64,000 nt of DNA, taken from Lama glama (Eukaryota). The translations under genes were made by a program, and so were the position numbers. The notes beneath the pieces are model-generated. The model did not search any database. It worked only from the letters and a program-made list of their open reading frames with translations, and was not told the origin of the DNA. The DNA lies in the NCBI GenBank assembly GCA_028534125.1, contig CM052816.1:32924001-32988000 (forward strand), in the 5' to 3' direction. Each line of letters opens with the position of its first letter. The stretch's first letter is position 1. This document shows positions 63,501-64,000 of the stretch, piece after piece.

Positions 63501-64000
63501 TGGTACCATCACACTTGCTGTTCTAAATACTAACCTCCACCGTTGGAGAAAATACTAGAAAAAGAGGAATTTGGTTTTTTATCCTTTCCTAGTCACACTC
63601 AAGGGCTGTCTTGTGCTATAGTAACTCAAGTTAGAGGAGGAAATTTATTCTAAATCACAATATGTAATTAGGCCTAAGACCAACATTTCCTTCACAAAAC
63701 ACGCACCATCAGAATGCCGCACGCCAAGAGCAAGCGCACCTAATTAGGGCATTAGTCATAATGATCGGGGAGTGTAACCCAGGAAATTACAGGTGGTGTG
63801 GGCCTTAGCACTAAGTCAATTTCCCCAGCTTGCCCAGATAGAGTCTTTGCTGACTGCAATGATTTACACTTGCTGTTGAAAGGACAGCGACACAGCTGGG
63901 TACTGAAAATAAGCTTATGCACGAGTTCAGATAAAATGACATTCAGATATGAGAGTTAGGAATGCTGGCATTAGCCACAAATGAGGAAAAGAGTTGATAA

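Larger units (their letters stand above)
1..64000 (-). other. MCC: MCC gene, 3' portion (11 coding exons, introns, part of the 3' UTR); the gene continues beyond 64000
   Basis: Eleven minus-strand exons splice in frame (GT-AG, matching phases) into 553 aa that match my recollection of the C-terminal two-thirds of human MCC, a coiled-coil protein ending in ETSL. Confidence 0.97.

Noticed and set aside
197..63512. The many 60-220 aa ORFs in the track, including the longest (36237..36902 +, 29998..30636 +, 23193..23774 -, 30956..31501 +)
   Set aside because: They show no recognisable domains, have composition typical of chance ORFs, often use non-ATG starts, and several are antisense or alternate-frame shadows of MCC exons or lie in repeats.
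48770..64000. Search for the next upstream MCC exon (expected to end ...ERDRLRRR) or an internal promoter
   Set aside because: I found no matching coding sequence and no CpG-island promoter; the exon is presumably beyond the window end.
1..64000. CRISPR array, prokaryotic operon or other novel multi-gene system
   Set aside because: There is no regularly spaced repeat-spacer array and no dense coding. The window is explained by one spliced mammalian gene plus ordinary interspersed repeats.

Overview
Mammalian genomic DNA containing the 3' part of MCC (MCC regulator of WNT signaling pathway / Mutated in Colorectal Cancers) on the minus strand. I could place 11 coding exons between 48769 and 2200. 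All have GT-AG boundaries and compatible phases. Together they give 1662 nt, or 553 aa plus a TAA stop, running from VRELQTRLQ... to the C-terminal PDZ-binding motif ...HTNETSL. The 3' UTR runs from 2199 toward position 1. Positions 48770-64000 look like one long intron whose upstream exon lies outside the window. The introns carry typical eutherian repeats (L1, L2, MIR, MaLR/ERVL LTRs, a MER41-like LTR, hAT and Tigger MITEs). They also carry tRNA-derived SINEs that resemble the camelid family, so the source is probably a camel, alpaca or llama (inference). Nearly all entries in the ORF track are chance ORFs. I found no evidence of a new multi-gene biological system. The best observations are small-scale: a ~105-bp local duplication inside an L2 relic, an exact 27-bp dispersed repeat, G-runs or a G-quadruplex at exactly the three weak splice donors, a palindromic splice acceptor, a MER41-like LTR with altered STAT sites, nested L1 insertions with target-site duplications, and candidate CTCF, FXR and poly(A) sites. 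Repeat family names and comparisons with human MCC are from memory, not from a database search. Repeat boundaries are approximate.
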